A stretch of 64,000 bases of DNA from an uncultured Pelagibacteraceae bacterium (GTDB lineage Bacteria > Pseudomonadota > Alphaproteobacteria > Pelagibacterales > Pelagibacteraceae): NCBI GenBank assembly GCA_902596915.1, contig CACJVQ010000004.1, positions 8,077-72,076 of the forward strand. The letters run 5' to 3'. Under the pieces are notes generated by a model. It saw only the letters and a list, made by a program, of their open reading frames with translations, was not told the DNA's origin and did not search any database. Shown here one piece after another: positions 41,427-51,346 of this stretch. Each line of letters starts with the position of its first letter. Positions within the stretch are counted from its first letter, which is position 1. Position numbers and translations under genes: made by a program.

Positions 41427-42308
41427 ATGAAAAATCTCATTATTGTTACAGGCGGAGCGGGGTTCGTAGGTTCAAACTTAATAGAACTTTTATTAAAAAA
41501 AACAAATTATAATATTATCAGTATAGATAATTATTCATCTGGTTCAAAAAAAAATCATATTAAAAATAAACGCACCCGATATTTATTTGGTGATACTTTA
41601 GATATTAAGAAAATCCTGCAAAAGGAAAAAAAAAAAATTAAATCAATTTTTCATTTTGGTGAATTTTCTAGAATTTACCAAAGTTTTGAAAAATTTGATG
41701 AATGTTTTAAATCTAACTCTATAGGATCTAATGCTGTTTTTAAATTTTGTTTAGAACACAACATAAAGCTTATTTATTCAGCAACATCAGCAAGTTTAGG
41801 AAATAAAGGTAATGATAAAAATTTATCACCTTATGCTTTTACTAAATCAAAAAACTTAGAATTATTAGAAAATTTAAAAAAATGGTTTAGTTTTAAATTT
41901 GAGATTATTTTTTTCTATAATGTCTATGGTCCAAAACAAATTAGTATTGGTGATATGGCAACAGTTATTGGAATATTCCAAAATCAGTATTTAAGCAAAA
42001 AACCACTAACTGTTGTAAGGCCAGGGACTCAAACTAGAAGATTTACTCACATTCATGATACTACTAAAGTTTGTTATGAAGCTTTTAAAGCTGACAAATG
42101 TAGATATTATAGTATTAGCAATAAGAAGTCATATTCAATTTTAGAGGTTGCAAAATTGTTTAAAACTAAAATTGTATTCCTAAAACCTCGATCAGGAGAA
42201 AGGTATGCTTCAGCTTTAACAAATATAACTTATAATAGCAAAATATTTCAAAAATTTGGAAAATTACAATTGAAAGATTATATAAGTTCCTTTATTACAT
42301 CTCATTAA
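41427..42308 (+). CDS. NAD-dependent epimerase/dehydratase
   Basis: [26 protein letters not shown]; start placed at ATG 41427 after the 5S gene. Confidence 0.85.
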   Translation: MKNLIIVTGGAGFVGSNLIELLLKKTNYNIISIDNYSSGSKKNHIKNKRTRYLFGDTLDIKKILQKEKKKIKSIFHFGEFSRIYQSFEKFDECFKSNSIGSNAVFKFCLEHNIKLIYSATSASLGNKGNDKNLSPYAFTKSKNLELLENLKKWFSFKFEIIFFYNVYGPKQISIGDMATVIGIFQNQYLSKKPLTVVRPGTQTRRFTHIHDTTKVCYEAFKADKCRYYSISNKKSYSILEVAKLFKTKIVFLKPRSGERYASALTNITYNSKIFQKFGKLQLKDYISSFITSH

Positions 42309-42310
42309 TT

Positions 42311-42436
42311 ATGAAAATTAAAAGTTCATTAAAATCGCTGAAAAAAAGAGATTTAAACTCAAAACTTGTACGAAGACGAGGAAGGGTTTATATTATCAAC
42401 AAAACAAACCCAAAATTTAAAGCAAGACAGAAATAA
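42311..42436 (+). CDS. rpmJ: 50S ribosomal protein L36 (zinc-free type); not in ORF track
   Basis: Translates [41 protein letters not shown]. Confidence 0.95.
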   Translation: MKIKSSLKSLKKRDLNSKLVRRRGRVYIINKTNPKFKARQK

Positions 42437-42440
42437 TTTT

Positions 42441-42551
42441 ATGGATCAATATGGCCATAAAAATATATGGAATAACACCAGCAATTTAGTCTTGTGGGGA
42501 ACTGTAGCGGTAATATTTGTTTTAGTATTAATGTCTACATTCTTGTTATAG
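42441..42551 (+). CDS. Small single-TM protein, aa3-type cytochrome c oxidase subunit IV-like
   Basis: MDQYGHKNIWNNTSNLVLWGTVAVIFVLVLMSTFLL; MD...H...W/Y plus TM pattern; sits just before pntA. Confidence 0.6.
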   Translation: MDQYGHKNIWNNTSNLVLWGTVAVIFVLVLMSTFLL

Positions 42552-42560
42552 GTATCTTGT

Positions 42561-43652
42561 ATGAAAATTGCTTCTATTTCAGAAAATCTTAATATTGAGA
42601 AAAGAATTGCAATTACTCCTGAAACTGCAAAAAAATATCTAGCACTTGGGTTAGAAGTTTTGCTACCAGAGAATTACGCTAAACATCTTGGAATTGACAA
42701 TATCGAGTATACAAATTTAGGAGTTAAAATTATTAATGATGAAAAAGAAATCATAACTAATGCTGATATTATTGTTCAATTAAATTTATTAAACGATGAT
42801 CAAAATTCATTGATAAAAGAAAATCAAACTTTAATTGGTGTTTTCAATCCGTATATCAATGAGGAAAAAATAAAAAGTTTAGTAAATAAAAATGCAAATA
42901 TTTTATCTTTAGAATTACTTCCAAGAATTACTAGAGCACAATCAATGGATATATTGTCATCCCAAGCCAATCTTGCTGGATACAAAGCAGTGATAGAGTC
43001 TTTTGCAAACTTTGAAAAAGCAATACCCATGATGATGACTGCGGCAGGTACTATTCCTGCAGCAAAAGTTCTTGTAGTTGGCGCAGGTGTTGCAGGATTA
43101 CAGGCAATTGCAACAGCAAAACGAATGGGAGCAATAGTATTTGCAACAGATGTTAGAATGGCCTCAAAAGAACAAGTTGAAAGTTTAGGTGGCAAGTTTT
43201 TAACAGTTGAGGGTTCAGAAAATCTGGAGACAGAGGGTGGTTATGCTAAAGAAGCATCTGATGAATTTAAGAGGAAGCAAGAAGAGCTATTGACAGAAAC
43301 TTTAAAAAAAATAGATATTGTGATTTGTACAGCTTTAATACCAGGAAAAAAAGCACCGATAATTATTAAAGAAGATATGATCAATCAAATGAAAGCGGGT
43401 TCAATAATTTATGATCTAGCTGCAATACAAGGTGGAAATACAGCATACTGTAAAGTTAACGAAGTTGTAGAGATTGATGGTGTTAAAATAATGGGAGAGA
43501 GCAATATATTAAATAAACTTCCAAACTCTGCATCCAATTTATTTGCCAAAAATGTATTTAATTTTGTTTCAAATTTGTATGATAAAGAGAATAAGAAAAT
43601 TAAAATAAATCTAGAGGACGAAATAATTGATAAAACTCTAATAAAAAAATAA
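42561..43652 (+). CDS. pntAA: NAD(P) transhydrogenase alpha subunit, part 1
   Basis: PRITRAQSMDILSSQ, GAGVAGLQA, GGYAKE. Confidence 0.95.
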   Translation: MKIASISENLNIEKRIAITPETAKKYLALGLEVLLPENYAKHLGIDNIEYTNLGVKIINDEKEIITNADIIVQLNLLNDDQNSLIKENQTLIGVFNPYINEEKIKSLVNKNANILSLELLPRITRAQSMDILSSQANLAGYKAVIESFANFEKAIPMMMTAAGTIPAAKVLVVGAGVAGLQAIATAKRMGAIVFATDVRMASKEQVESLGGKFLTVEGSENLETEGGYAKEASDEFKRKQEELLTETLKKIDIVICTALIPGKKAPIIIKEDMINQMKAGSIIYDLAAIQGGNTAYCKVNEVVEIDGVKIMGESNILNKLPNSASNLFAKNVFNFVSNLYDKENKKIKINLEDEIIDKTLIKK

Positions 43653-43654
43653 TT

Positions 43655-43963
43655 ATGGAAATAGATCCTTTTATATTCAGATTAAGTATATTTATTCTTT
43701 CAATTTTTATTGGATATTATGTCGTTTGGAGTGTTACACCCTCGCTACATACACCTCTAATGTCAGTAACGAATGCAATTTCATCTGTCATAATTGTTGG
43801 TGCAATTATTGCAGGTTTAGCAGGAAATTCTGATACTATATTTAACATTTCAAGTATTTTTGGTTTTTTAGCAATAGGCTTAGCCGCAATAAACATTTTT
43901 GGTGGCTTTCTAGTTACACAAAGAATGCTCGCTATGTATAAAAAAAAGAAAAAGGATAAATAA
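43655..43963 (+). CDS. pntAB: NAD(P) transhydrogenase alpha subunit, part 2
   Basis: LHTPLMSVTNAISS, NIFGGFLVTQRML. Confidence 0.95.
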   Translation: MEIDPFIFRLSIFILSIFIGYYVVWSVTPSLHTPLMSVTNAISSVIIVGAIIAGLAGNSDTIFNISSIFGFLAIGLAAINIFGGFLVTQRMLAMYKKKKKDK

Positions 43964-45360
43964 TGATATCTGCAAATTTATCAGCAATTTTTTACCTTAT
44001 TTCAGGGGTTTTATTTATTCTTGCTTTAAGAGGACTTTCTTCTCCAGAAACTTCTCGACAGGGAAATTTCTTCGGGATTTTAGGTATGATAATTGCAATT
44101 AGTGTAACTTTTTTATCTATTGGTAATTTTTCAACTGGATTTGTAATTGTTTTAATTTTTCTTTTAATAGGCAGTTTAATCGGCGCATTTATTGCCTATA
44201 AAATCCCAATGACAGCAATGCCAGAATTAGTTGCCGGCTTTCACAGTTTGGTTGGTCTTGCGGCTGTATTTGTTGCAATAGCTGCTTTCTTAAATCCAGA
44301 GGCATTTGGTTTAGGATCACCTGGTAATATTAAGCTTGGAAGTTTAATAGAAATGTCAATTGGTGCCGCAGTTGGTGCAATTACTTTTTCAGGCTCAATA
44401 ATTGCTTTTTTGAAACTTCAAGGAATAATGTCAGGCTCACCTATAACTTTTAAAGGTCAACATTTACTTAATGCATTAATTTTAATTTCAATAATAGTGT
44501 TAACTTATTTACTTTGCTCTACACAATCTTCTAATTTATTTTGGATATTGTTAGCTGTATCATTTTTAATTGGACTTTTATTAATTATTCCAATTGGTGG
44601 TGCAGATATGCCAGTTGTGATCTCAATGTTAAATTCATACTCAGGTTGGGCTGCGGCTGGAATTGGTTTCACTTTAGAAAATACTGCATTAATAATTACA
44701 GGAGCATTGGTGGGATCATCTGGTGCAATATTATCTTACATAATGTGTAAAGGAATGAATAGATCATTCTTTAACGTTATTTTAGGAGGATTTGGTGCAA
44801 CTGAACAATCATCATCATCACAAAACAAAGAACAAAGACCAGTTAAAAGTGGAAATGCAGATGATGCTGCTTTTCTAATGAAGAATGCTTCATCAGTAAT
44901 TATTGTTCCAGGATATGGAATGGCTGTCGCTCAAGCACAACATGCTTTAAGAGAGATGGTAGATACTTTAAAAAAGAATGACATAAAGGTTTCTTATGCA
45001 ATTCATCCTGTTGCAGGAAGAATGCCAGGACATATGAATGTTTTGCTTGCGGAAGCAAATGTTCCATATGATGAAGTATTTGAACTAGAAGAGATTAATA
45101 ATGATTTTGCAAATGCAGATGTGGCTTTTGTTATTGGTGCTAATGATGTGACAAATCCTGTTGCTAAAACAGACCCACAAAGCCCAATCTATGGTATGCC
45201 AGTTCTTGATGTTGAAAAATGTAAGTCAGTATTATTTGTTAAACGTAGTTTATCACCTGGCTATGCTGGAATTGATAATGATTTATTTTACAAAGAGAAT
45301 ACTCTAATGTTATTTGCTGATGCAAAAAAAATGACAGAAGATATCACTAAGAATTTATAG
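43963..45360 (+). CDS. pntB: NAD(P) transhydrogenase beta subunit
   Basis: GGADMPVV, PGYGMAVAQAQH, HPVAGRMPGHMNV. Confidence 0.96.
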   Translation: MISANLSAIFYLISGVLFILALRGLSSPETSRQGNFFGILGMIIAISVTFLSIGNFSTGFVIVLIFLLIGSLIGAFIAYKIPMTAMPELVAGFHSLVGLAAVFVAIAAFLNPEAFGLGSPGNIKLGSLIEMSIGAAVGAITFSGSIIAFLKLQGIMSGSPITFKGQHLLNALILISIIVLTYLLCSTQSSNLFWILLAVSFLIGLLLIIPIGGADMPVVISMLNSYSGWAAAGIGFTLENTALIITGALVGSSGAILSYIMCKGMNRSFFNVILGGFGATEQSSSSQNKEQRPVKSGNADDAAFLMKNASSVIIVPGYGMAVAQAQHALREMVDTLKKNDIKVSYAIHPVAGRMPGHMNVLLAEANVPYDEVFELEEINNDFANADVAFVIGANDVTNPVAKTDPQSPIYGMPVLDVEKCKSVLFVKRSLSPGYAGIDNDLFYKENTLMLFADAKKMTEDITKNL

Positions 45361-45368
45361 GTATAATT

Positions 45369-46067
45369 TTGAATACTAAAATATTTTGTGACATTGCAGA
45401 ATTAGATCAAATTAAAAAATTTAATAAAAAAAAGATTGTTAAGGGATTTACTACAAATCCTAGCTTAATGAGAAAAGCTGGAGCAAAGGATTATAAATCA
45501 TATTCAAAAAAAATTCTAAAAATTTGTAATAATAAACCCGTTTCACTTGAAGTGTTTGCTGACGATTATAAAGAAATGAAAATTCAAGCAATGAAGATTA
45601 ACACCTGGGGAAAAAATGTTTACGTAAAAGTACCAGTTGCTAATTCCAAGGGGAGTTTTATGGGTAAAATTATTAAAGAATTAAATAATCAAAATATAAA
45701 ACTTAATATAACAGCTGTTTATAATGCTAAACAAACTGAAAAAATTTTAAAGTTAATTAATAAAAAAACTAAAACAATTATTTCCATTTTTGCAGGAAGA
45801 GCAGGCGATGCAGGTAAAGACCCAGTTCCAGAATTTATCGAGAGCATTGCATTGGCAAAAAGATATAAAAATGTTGAAATATTATGGGCTAGTGTTCGTG
45901 AACCTTATAATTATTTGCAAGCAAGACAATTAGGTTGTCATATCATTACTGCTCCGCCAGCTACTATTGAAAAAATAGAAAACTTTGGAAAATCATTTGA
46001 TCAGCTTACAAAAGAAACAGTTAAAACTTTTTTATTAGATAGCAGAAAATCTAACTTTAAAATCTAG
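45369..46067 (+). CDS. tal: Transaldolase (short type)
   Basis: GFTTNPSL, YVKVP, NITA, SIFAGR, WASVRE. Confidence 0.85.
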   Translation: MNTKIFCDIAELDQIKKFNKKKIVKGFTTNPSLMRKAGAKDYKSYSKKILKICNNKPVSLEVFADDYKEMKIQAMKINTWGKNVYVKVPVANSKGSFMGKIIKELNNQNIKLNITAVYNAKQTEKILKLINKKTKTIISIFAGRAGDAGKDPVPEFIESIALAKRYKNVEILWASVREPYNYLQARQLGCHIITAPPATIEKIENFGKSFDQLTKETVKTFLLDSRKSNFKI

Positions 46068-46074
46068 TTGAAAT

Positions 46075-46151
46075 TGGTTGCGGGGGACGGATTTGAACCG
46101 CCGACCTCAAGGTTATGAGCCTTGCGAGCTACCAGGCTGCTCCACCCCGCG
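46075..46151 (-). tRNA. tRNA-Met(CAT), initiator type
   Basis: Reverse complement CGCGGGGTGGAGCAGCCTGGTAGCTCGCAAGGCTCATAACCTTGAGGTCGGCGGTTCAAATCCGTCCCCCGCAACCA; C1:A72 mismatch, encoded CCA. Confidence 0.96.
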
Positions 46152-46155
46152 ATAA

Positions 46156-46350
46156 TTAAATCCTATTCTTTAACTTATTAAGTTTTTTTACCCTTTTTAT
46201 ATTTTCTTGAAGAATTCTTTTTTTCTTTTCTGATGGTTTCTCGTAAGTATTCTTTAACTTAATAATCTTAAAAAAACCATCTCGTTGAAGCTTTCTCTTT
46301 AAAACTCTCAAAGCTTGCTCAATATTATTATCTTTTACCTCTATTTTAAT
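46156..46350 (-). CDS. rpsU: 30S ribosomal protein S21 (start uncertain: ATT 46350, TTG 46362 or ATG 46371)
   Basis: VKDNNIEQALRVLKRKLQRDG, YEKPSEK. Confidence 0.92.
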   Translation of the reverse strand: MKIEVKDNNIEQALRVLKRKLQRDGFFKIIKLKNTYEKPSEKKKRILQENIKRVKKLNKLKNRI

Positions 46351-46415
46351 AACTACCTCCAAAAAGTGCATTAGTTAGCACTTTATATTTTAATTGTCTA
46401 TAATATTTCATATTT

Positions 46416-46985
46416 TTAATTATTAGATTGAGCTTTTTCCTTTTCTTTCTTTTCTTTTAAAATTCTTCTTTCTGCTTTTTCTATAGCTTCAATAAGATCT
46501 TTCTGTGTAAATAGTCCCATTGCTACTGGATCTTTTGCACTTAAACTATTATAGTTCCAATAGCTTTTATTTCTTATAGCCGTTGTTGAACTTTTTGTGA
46601 TACCAACCAATTTAGCGATTTGAGAATCTTTTAAATTTGAATGTTGTTTTATTAACCAAAGTGCAGAATCTGGTTTATCTTGCCTTTTAGATAATGGAAT
46701 ATATTTTTTGGTTTTTTTATTATCACTATTTATTTCGATTTCGTTTATCTGAATATTTAAAGGTCTATTAGAGTCTTGAGAAGAAAGTTTAATTTCTTCC
46801 TTAGTTAATTGACCTGCAATAATAGGATTATAGCCCACTATACCTTTTGCAACTTCGCCGTCTGCAATACCTTGTATTTCCACTTCATGTAATTTGCAAA
46901 AATTTGCTATTTGTTTAAAAGTTAATGAAGTATTTTCTACCAACCACACTGCTGTAGCCATTGGCATTAATGGTGCACCACTCAT
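46416..46985 (-). CDS. trcR: DUF1013 / cell cycle transcriptional regulator TrcR
   Basis: PLMPMATAVWLVENTSLTFKQIA..C.LH, YIPLSKRQDKP. Confidence 0.88.
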   Translation of the reverse strand: MSGAPLMPMATAVWLVENTSLTFKQIANFCKLHEVEIQGIADGEVAKGIVGYNPIIAGQLTKEEIKLSSQDSNRPLNIQINEIEINSDNKKTKKYIPLSKRQDKPDSALWLIKQHSNLKDSQIAKLVGITKSSTTAIRNKSYWNYNSLSAKDPVAMGLFTQKDLIEAIEKAERRILKEKKEKEKAQSNN

Positions 46986-47212
46986 TATTTCGTATCTGAT
47001 CTAAAGTTTTGAAATTTCTTGTTAAATTTACTCACACGTCCTTTATCAAGTATTTTTTGTTTTCCACCAGTCCAAGCTGAGTGTGATTTAGGATCAATTT
47101 CAAGTTTCAGAGTCTCTCCTTCAGATCCCCATGTTGATCTAGTTTCAAATTGACTACCATCAGTCATTTCAACTTTAATATTGTGATAGTTTGGGTGTAA
47201 ATTTTTTTTCAT
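46985..47212 (-). CDS. rpmE: 50S ribosomal protein L31
   Basis: [29 protein letters not shown]. Confidence 0.95.
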   Translation of the reverse strand: MKKNLHPNYHNIKVEMTDGSQFETRSTWGSEGETLKLEIDPKSHSAWTGGKQKILDKGRVSKFNKKFQNFRSDTK

Positions 47213-47247
47213 ACGCGGGTTTATAGCAAAAAGTTAAATAAAAACAA

Positions 47248-47994
47248 TTAAAAGTTAACTAATTTTTTAGTCATTTCTGTGTATATAGTGCTACTAGCAG
47301 CTCTTATATTGATCTTATCATACTCATATTCAGTAAAATCATTTGTAATTCCACCTGCTTCAGTAACAATTAATATACCTGCAGCTATATCCCATAAGTT
47401 TATTTTATTATGAAAAAAACCATCTAATCTTCCTGATCCTACATAGGCCAAATCTAGTGCTGTACACCCAGTCGATCTCATATTTAAGCTCGGATAAATA
47501 ATCTTTAATCCATCTTGGTCAGATGAGAATAAACAATCTTCAATATCACTTTTGTTTGATACTCTTACTCTATGATTGTTAAAAAATGCTCCATTATTTT
47601 TTTCAGCAAAAAACATTTCATTTTTTATTGGGTCATGTACTAAAGCAGATTTTATTTCATTATCTATTTCTAAAGCAATTGAAATTGCGAAATGTGGTAT
47701 CCCGTGTAAAAAATTTGTTGTTCCATCAATTGGATCAATAATCCATCTTTTATCTTTATCATTATTTATAATATTTCCACTTTCCTCAGTAAGAAATGAG
47801 TAATTTTTTTTTGATTTTGCTAATTCATCGATAAGAATCTCTTCAACTCTTTTATCGGTTTTTGTTACAAAATCTCTTGGACCTTTTTTGGCAACTTGTA
47901 AATTTTCAATTTCTCCAAAATCTCTAGTAATTATCTTAGATGCTTTTTCGCAGGCCTTAATCATAATATTTAAGTTAGGAGAAATAGAGTTCAT
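47248..47994 (-). CDS. suhB: Inositol monophosphatase family protein
   Basis: DFVT, WIIDPIDGTTNF, WDIAAG. Confidence 0.92.
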   Translation of the reverse strand: MNSISPNLNIMIKACEKASKIITRDFGEIENLQVAKKGPRDFVTKTDKRVEEILIDELAKSKKNYSFLTEESGNIINNDKDKRWIIDPIDGTTNFLHGIPHFAISIALEIDNEIKSALVHDPIKNEMFFAEKNNGAFFNNHRVRVSNKSDIEDCLFSSDQDGLKIIYPSLNMRSTGCTALDLAYVGSGRLDGFFHNKINLWDIAAGILIVTEAGGITNDFTEYEYDKINIRAASSTIYTEMTKKLVNF

Positions 47995-47997
47995 TTA

Positions 47998-48558
47998 CTA
48001 AATTTTTTTAACGTATTCAATTGTTCTTGTATCTACAATAATTTCATCTTCAGGTTCTATAAATGGAGGAACTTGTATTTTAATTCCGTTGTTAAGTATT
48101 GCAGGTTTGTAAGATGATGAAACCGTTTGACCTTTTAAAGCTGCATCGGTTGAAGCAATTTTACAATTTACTTGATTAGGGAGTTCAACTGAGATTGCAT
48201 TATCATTATAAAAACTAACTGTAACCTCAAGATTTTCAGTTAATAATTTACCTTTTTCTCCAATTATATTTTTTTTTATTTCAATTTGCTCAAAAGTTTT
48301 AGGATCCATAAAAAAATAATTATTTTCATCTGAATAAAGATAATTGAAACCTATTTCCTCTAGTGATGCTTTCTCAACTGTCTCACTAGACCTGAACCTT
48401 TCATTTAATTTTGTATTTTTGCCAACACTTTTCATTTCTACTTGTGCAAAAGCACCACCTTTGCCTGGCTTAACGTGTTGTGTTTTTAAAACTTGCCATA
48501 AGTCATTTTTATACTCTAAAAGCATTCCAACTCTAATTTCGCCGGCATTAATTTTCAT
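47998..48558 (-). CDS. efp: Elongation factor P
   Basis: HVKPGKGGAF, YKPA, VPPFI. Confidence 0.96.
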   Translation of the reverse strand: MKINAGEIRVGMLLEYKNDLWQVLKTQHVKPGKGGAFAQVEMKSVGKNTKLNERFRSSETVEKASLEEIGFNYLYSDENNYFFMDPKTFEQIEIKKNIIGEKGKLLTENLEVTVSFYNDNAISVELPNQVNCKIASTDAALKGQTVSSSYKPAILNNGIKIQVPPFIEPEDEIIVDTRTIEYVKKI

Positions 48559-49169
48559 TTTAATATTTCTATTGCTTTTTTTGGTTTATATTTTTTATTA
48601 TTCCAAATGTAGCTTGAAATAGCTAAAAAATTAGCTTTATTCAATAATAGATTTTTATAATTATCAGAATTAATTCCACCAATAGCTACAACGGGAATAT
48701 TGGTTATTTGATGAATTTTTTCCAAAATCTTAGTAGTTGCTTGATACTTTATTTTTTTCGTTTTTGTTGTATTAAAAGCTCCAAAAGCTAAGTAATTTGC
48801 ATTAGATTTTATTGCAATTTTAGCAAGTTTGATTGAGTTATGACAGGTAATACCAATTATCTTATTTCCAATTATTTCTCGGGCTTCTTTAATGTTCATA
48901 TCATTTTGACCTAGATGACAACCATCAGCATCAAGTTTTTTTGCAAGCCAAGGGTCATCATTTACTAAAAAGCATACTTTATTTGCTTCACAAATATTTT
49001 TAATTTTTTTACCAATTATTATTTTTTTTCTTAGTGAATATTTTTTCAACCTCATCTGAAAAATTCCTACTTTATTTGTTTTAAGAACTGACTTCAGATC
49101 TTTTAAGAAGTTTTTAGAAATTCTATTTGGAGAAATGAGATAAATAAATTTTTTTTTATTTATTTTCAA
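48555..49169 (-). CDS. thiE: Thiamine-phosphate synthase
   Basis: QMRLK, VNDD, GCHLGQND, AIGGI. Confidence 0.9.
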   Translation of the reverse strand: MKINKKKFIYLISPNRISKNFLKDLKSVLKTNKVGIFQMRLKKYSLRKKIIIGKKIKNICEANKVCFLVNDDPWLAKKLDADGCHLGQNDMNIKEAREIIGNKIIGITCHNSIKLAKIAIKSNANYLAFGAFNTTKTKKIKYQATTKILEKIHQITNIPVVAIGGINSDNYKNLLLNKANFLAISSYIWNNKKYKPKKAIEILK

Positions 49170-50166
49170 GTTCGTTCGACCATTTTCCTTGAGCAGCTAA
49201 AGAACACATTTTAGCCCTATGATTAAAAGTATTTTGTGTTGCTTTTATATCTTTTATATTTTTTGACCATATTCTTAGTGCACTTTGTTGTAGAGCCCTT
49301 CCGTAAGAGAATGTCATTATAAATCTAGTATTGTTATTTTGATTTATTAAATTTAAATTTTTGGTTGCCTCTATTTCTGATTGACCTCCTGATAGAAAAG
49401 CAATTCCTGGTACTTCAATTGGGACTGAGTTTTTTAGACACTCAAGCGTCTTTTGTGAGATATCCTCATTAGAGATTTGATCTTTCGATTGGTTTCCAGA
49501 TAATATCATATTTGGTTTCAAAATAATCCCTGAAAGATCAACTTTATGCAATATTAATTCATCAAAACACTTTTTAATAACATCTGAAGTCTTTTTTAAA
49601 CAAATATCAGCAGAATGTTCACCATCCATCAATACTTCAGGTTCGACTATTGGAACCATTTTACTTTCTTGAACTAAAGCTGAATAGCGTGCCAACGCAT
49701 GAGCATTACTATTAATTGAAAGTTTGCTTGGATATTTATTGCTTATCGTATAAACACCTCTCCATTTTGTAAATCTTGCCCCAAGTTTATAGTATTTATT
49801 TAATCTCTCTCTTAGTCCATCTAAGCCCTCGGTTATTTTTTCTTCAGAAGAATTTGCCAAACTTTTTGTGCCTGTATCGACTTTTATTCCAGGTATCGCA
49901 CCTGAAGAGGAGATTAAATCAGGGATTGATTTTCCAAAATTTGTTGTTTGATTTATTGTCTCATCGTAAAGAATTACACCACCTATATATTTCTTCATAC
50001 TTTCAGATGAAAATAGTGTTTCTCTAAATAAAAGTCTATTTTCAGGGGTTGAGGCAACATTTACTGCTTCAAGTCTTTTTGTCATGGTTCCATTACTTTC
50101 GTCTGCTGCAAGGATACCTTTGCCATTAGATATTATTTTAAGCGCAATTTTATTAAGTTCTGACAT
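49156..50166 (-). CDS. fba: Class I fructose-bisphosphate aldolase
   Basis: GKGILAADES, GIKVD, PIVEPEV, LKPNM, FLSGGQS, SYGRALQ. Confidence 0.95.
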   Translation of the reverse strand: MSELNKIALKIISNGKGILAADESNGTMTKRLEAVNVASTPENRLLFRETLFSSESMKKYIGGVILYDETINQTTNFGKSIPDLISSSGAIPGIKVDTGTKSLANSSEEKITEGLDGLRERLNKYYKLGARFTKWRGVYTISNKYPSKLSINSNAHALARYSALVQESKMVPIVEPEVLMDGEHSADICLKKTSDVIKKCFDELILHKVDLSGIILKPNMILSGNQSKDQISNEDISQKTLECLKNSVPIEVPGIAFLSGGQSEIEATKNLNLINQNNNTRFIMTFSYGRALQQSALRIWSKNIKDIKATQNTFNHRAKMCSLAAQGKWSNELENK

Positions 50167-50167
50167 G

Positions 50168-51346
50168 TCAATTTAAAGCGGTTATACCAGGCAGCTCTTT
50201 TCCTTCAAGAAATTCTAGAAAGGCTCCACCTGCAGTTGAAACAAAATTAAAATTACCAACAATTTTTAAGCTATTTAATAATGAAACAGTATCTCCACCA
50301 CCCACAACAGAAAAAATTTTCTTTGACTTATTATTTTCAACTATTTTTTTGGCTATTTTAATACTTCCATTAGCAAAATTTGGATTTTCAAAATAACCAG
50401 CGGGTCCGTTCCATAATATTGTTTTACTATTATCAATTATATCTATTATTTTATTAATCGTTTTTGGTCCAATATCTAAAACCATCTCATCAGGTAAGAT
50501 TTGATCTAATTCTTTATTTACAGGTGATCCATTTAAATATTTAGATACTAGTACGTCATTGGGATAAACTATCTTACATTCATTTTTTTTTGAAAATGAG
50601 ATAATTTCATCAACTATTTTATGACAATTTTTTTCCTTTATCGATTTTCCAATATCATTTCCAAAATATTCAATAAAATTATTAGCCATTCCTCCAACGA
50701 CTATAATATTATCGAATTTTGGTATTAAATTTTTGATAATATCTATTTTTGTCGAAATTTTCGATCCTCCAATTATACATGTTATAGGTTTTGTTATTTC
50801 AGTTGTAATTTTATTAAGAGCTCCCACCTCTAAATCAAGTTGTAGTCCAGAGTAAGAAGGTAAATATTTAGAAATTTGATAAATAGATGCGTGTGCTCTA
50901 TGAGAACATGAAAAAGCATCATTCACATAAATATCGCCTAAACTTGCTAAGTGTTCTGCAAATTTGTGATCATTTTTTTCCTCTTCAATATAAAATCTTA
51001 TATTTTCTAAAATAAGAATTTCTTCATCAAATTTTTCAAAGAAATCTTTATTTTTTATTTCATAAATATTCTTTGTTATTAGTTTTACCCTTAAATTTAA
51101 TTTTTTTCTCAAATCTTCACATATTGGTTTTAAAGATAGTTCTTTTACTATTTTTCCTTTTGGTCTTCCCACATGTGATAAGATTATTATTTTAGTTTTT
51201 TTTTGTATTAAAAATTTCAGTGTAGGCAGAATTTTGTCAATTCTTGTTGTGTCACTTATTTTTCCATTTTCAAGAGGAACATTTAAGTCTAATCTAAGTA
51301 ATATTTTTTTATTATTAAGATTTCTTTTGTTTAATATGCTTCTCAT
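50168..51346 (-). CDS. pgk: Phosphoglycerate kinase
   Basis: DLNVP, SHVGRP, ENIRF, WNGPAG, STAGGAFLE. Confidence 0.96.
   Translation of the reverse strand: MRSILNKRNLNNKKILLRLDLNVPLENGKISDTTRIDKILPTLKFLIQKKTKIIILSHVGRPKGKIVKELSLKPICEDLRKKLNLRVKLITKNIYEIKNKDFFEKFDEEILILENIRFYIEEEKNDHKFAEHLASLGDIYVNDAFSCSHRAHASIYQISKYLPSYSGLQLDLEVGALNKITTEITKPITCIIGGSKISTKIDIIKNLIPKFDNIIVVGGMANNFIEYFGNDIGKSIKEKNCHKIVDEIISFSKKNECKIVYPNDVLVSKYLNGSPVNKELDQILPDEMVLDIGPKTINKIIDIIDNSKTILWNGPAGYFENPNFANGSIKIAKKIVENNKSKKIFSVVGGGDTVSLLNSLKIVGNFNFVSTAGGAFLEFLEGKELPGITALN

Noticed and set aside
41255-41440. 61-aa minus-strand ORF, and the 41373 upstream start of the epimerase
   Set aside because: Both overlap the 5S rRNA gene; shadow translation
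42366-42440. N-terminal extension of the 61-aa ORF 42366-42551
   Set aside because: Overlaps rpmJ in another frame; likely real start is ATG 42441
46060-46160. tRNA as an integration site
   Set aside because: Core genes on both sides; no integrase or duplicated tRNA 3' end seen
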